From assembly GCA_036172245.1 (NCBI GenBank), contig JAYWIR010000014.1, positions 2,170,001 through 2,234,000 of the forward strand: a stretch of 64,000 bases of DNA, written 5' to 3'. Shown here in pieces: positions 62,130 to 64,000 of this stretch. Origin of the DNA: Raillietiella orientalis (lineage: Eukaryota). The notes beneath the pieces are model-generated. The model was not told where the DNA came from. It ran no database searches and saw only the letters and a list, made by a program, of their open reading frames with translations. Both the position numbers and the translations under genes were made by a program. Positions within the stretch are counted from its first letter, which is position 1. Each line of letters opens with the position of its first letter.

Positions 62130-64000
62130 TTGGCATTTTTTTTTCCTTTTAGGGTTTCCTTTTTTTTCCGAGTTTGCCAAGTGCTAAAGAATTGTCGCGC
62201 GCCTGGTGGCTAACGGAGCTCTTCGACCCTGATCAGGCCACAGGAGGGTGCGTGTGACTCCTCAAGATAGGGGACGTCCAGGGAGGGGACCACCGCATGA
62301 ATCCAGGGAGGGTTCCGGAGGAAGGAGTGTCTTTCTCTTATGGTTGGTAGAAGGGAGCCTCGAAGGGAACCCTCTCACTGGTTGTCTCCGAGGCATCCTC
62401 TGGATAAAGTCGCTTTTCGTTTCTTCGGAGGAAACAAGAAAAGTATCCTATCCTGGAATTTCTTCTCCGGAGCGACTCCCCTTTTTGGGGAGGGAATCTC
62501 TCCTTCTTTCCTCCTCTGAAGAGAATCCAGAAGGACCGCTTCCCAATTTCTTTGAAGGGCTGCTCCACTAAGGAAGCGGAGAGCTTCTGACACTCTGGAG
62601 AGGTAACCAATCCCCTGAGGGGGTTTATCAACTAGTTGCATGGTACGGGGTGAAGGGTCTACCCAGAAAAAGGGGACAGCTCAATTTTCACCACCAGAGA
62701 GGAGCCCTGAAGGGAACCTCTTTCTTATTCTCTCTAGAGGAGTCCCCTGGCTTATGAGGGCCGCTTCTCGAGTCTTCTCCGAAGGAGACATGGAAAGGAT
62801 CCTCCGCTGGAATTTCTTCTCCGGAGGGCACCCCTGCAAGGGAATAGTTCCTTGTTACTCTGAAAAGATACTCCCAAACTTTCACTGAAGAACGCTCCCC
62901 GAAGATAATCTGGAGAGGGCATCAAGCCGCCAGCTCCACGGTACGCGATGGAGGGAGGACGCCTCAAGTTTCGCAACCGGAGGGGAATCCCGAAGGAAAC
63001 CGGCTCTTGATGTTCCTGGAAGCACCCTGCAAAATCGAATTCCAATCCCGGCCAGTCGACGGGAGCATCCAGTTTCCACCGATGATGCACCAGAAACCAA
63101 CCGAGGGGCCAATCAGCGCCATCTTGCGGAGGGGAGACTCGAAACCCACGAGGCATCCCCATTCTCGAAGTCGATCCTCCACGTGGGGGTTGGAATTCGC
63201 GACTCTTGGTGTCACGAGGGTGAACCACGGCCACGAACTCGGGTTTCGATTGTCCTCTGTGGTTCCGCGAGGCTACAGCCTCTCCTGGATCTTCCACGAG
63301 GGAAAGAAGGGGATGCTGCGCGAAACGGTTTCATATCGTTGCCTCACTTACAGTGCATCATCCGATCATCTTCCCCTCATCACCCCGGATGCATTCCCCT
63401 CTGCATCGCGAAAGTGATCGCTCACTGAGCTCAGGGCTCGCTGGAAGCGACGAACCTGGAGCAGGCAGCCTGCCTGATTCCAAGCCGGAAGAACAGTTCT
63501 CTCCGGGAGGGATCGTCTGTTGCTAGGAAGCGCTCATGTGTGTCTGGACACGTGGCAACGCCGGAGCGCAACCCCTGCAGCCCGGCTTCATCTCGTTACG
63601 ATGAGCTGCGCGTTTCTAGCAGCGGCTCCTGGGGAATTCGAACCCGCAACTCTCGTCGAACCCGCCCGCTAATGAAATGGCCGACCCGTAGTTCCGAGGA
63701 AACTGACACTCGAGGAAACTGAGGACCGTTTCTGTGCGACTGCCTCATCTTGAGCTCGGGACTTTGATCTCCAGCGAAGAGGCGGTCGACATGCCCCTTC
63801 CCCCCCAACTCCCCCACCCTTCTCCCCGCATGGAGAAGACGTGACGCCATGAGTCTCCTCTGTTTGTCGAGCGCGCTGGAGACACGGCGGGCCACTGTGA
63901 ACTACCTCACCTCCTCGGACTCCGAACTGCAGCTCCGAACCCGTCGAGCACCGAGAGATTCGTGTCGAATAGGAGTGGTCGAGGGAAGCTTCTCGGCCGA
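62130..64000 (-). mobile_element. Gag-only BEL/Pao-like family, copy 4 (gag knuckle region, conserved block, long repeat tract, LTR start near 62228; continues off the window)
   Basis: HERFLATDDPSRRELFFRLGIRQAAC (CxxFxxxxxxxRxxxxxxxGLCxxC), then PPQDGADWP...KLDAPVDWPGLEFDFAGCFQE. The minus-strand end aagagctccgttagccaccaggcgcgcgacaattctt closely matches 8107-8143. Confidence 0.65.

Noticed and set aside
1..64000. ORF-track entries as real genes, and any prokaryotic operon, CRISPR array or defence system
   Set aside because: The ORFs are short, overlap in all frames and are mostly shadow frames of decayed TEs. I saw no regularly spaced repeat-spacer array, operon structure or rRNA.

Overview
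Eukaryotic, invertebrate (arthropod-like) nuclear DNA. I found no intact protein-coding gene, and the ORF track is mostly noise from decayed repeats. Bases 1-~5300 are AT-rich and intron-like, with a few candidate small exons on the minus strand. From ~5.3 kb to the end the window is a dense mosaic of about 40 heavily decayed, frameshifted mobile-element fragments of 0.3-3 kb each. They include many BEL/Pao gag and pol pieces, Gypsy RT/RNase H/integrase pieces, several LINE pieces (CR1/L2-like, I-like and possibly RLE-type), a DIRS-like element and a Sola-like DDE transposase. A ~2.8 kb mitochondrial insertion (NUMT: cox3, stem-loop region, trnS1, nad3, nad5) reads in the invertebrate mitochondrial code. 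Two things stand out. (1) Three Crypton-like tyrosine-recombinase genes: one has a ZnF-YR-SET architecture bounded by a perfect 12-bp inverted repeat, and the YR/SET gene pair occurs twice in different relative orientations. (2) A four-copy, pol-less (gag-only) BEL/Pao-like LTR family shares its LTR start with an integrase-bearing BEL element and carries a conserved tRNA-like/YY1-like block. All domain calls come from manual motif matching across frameshifts. No database search was run, and element boundaries are approximate (about 50-150 bp).
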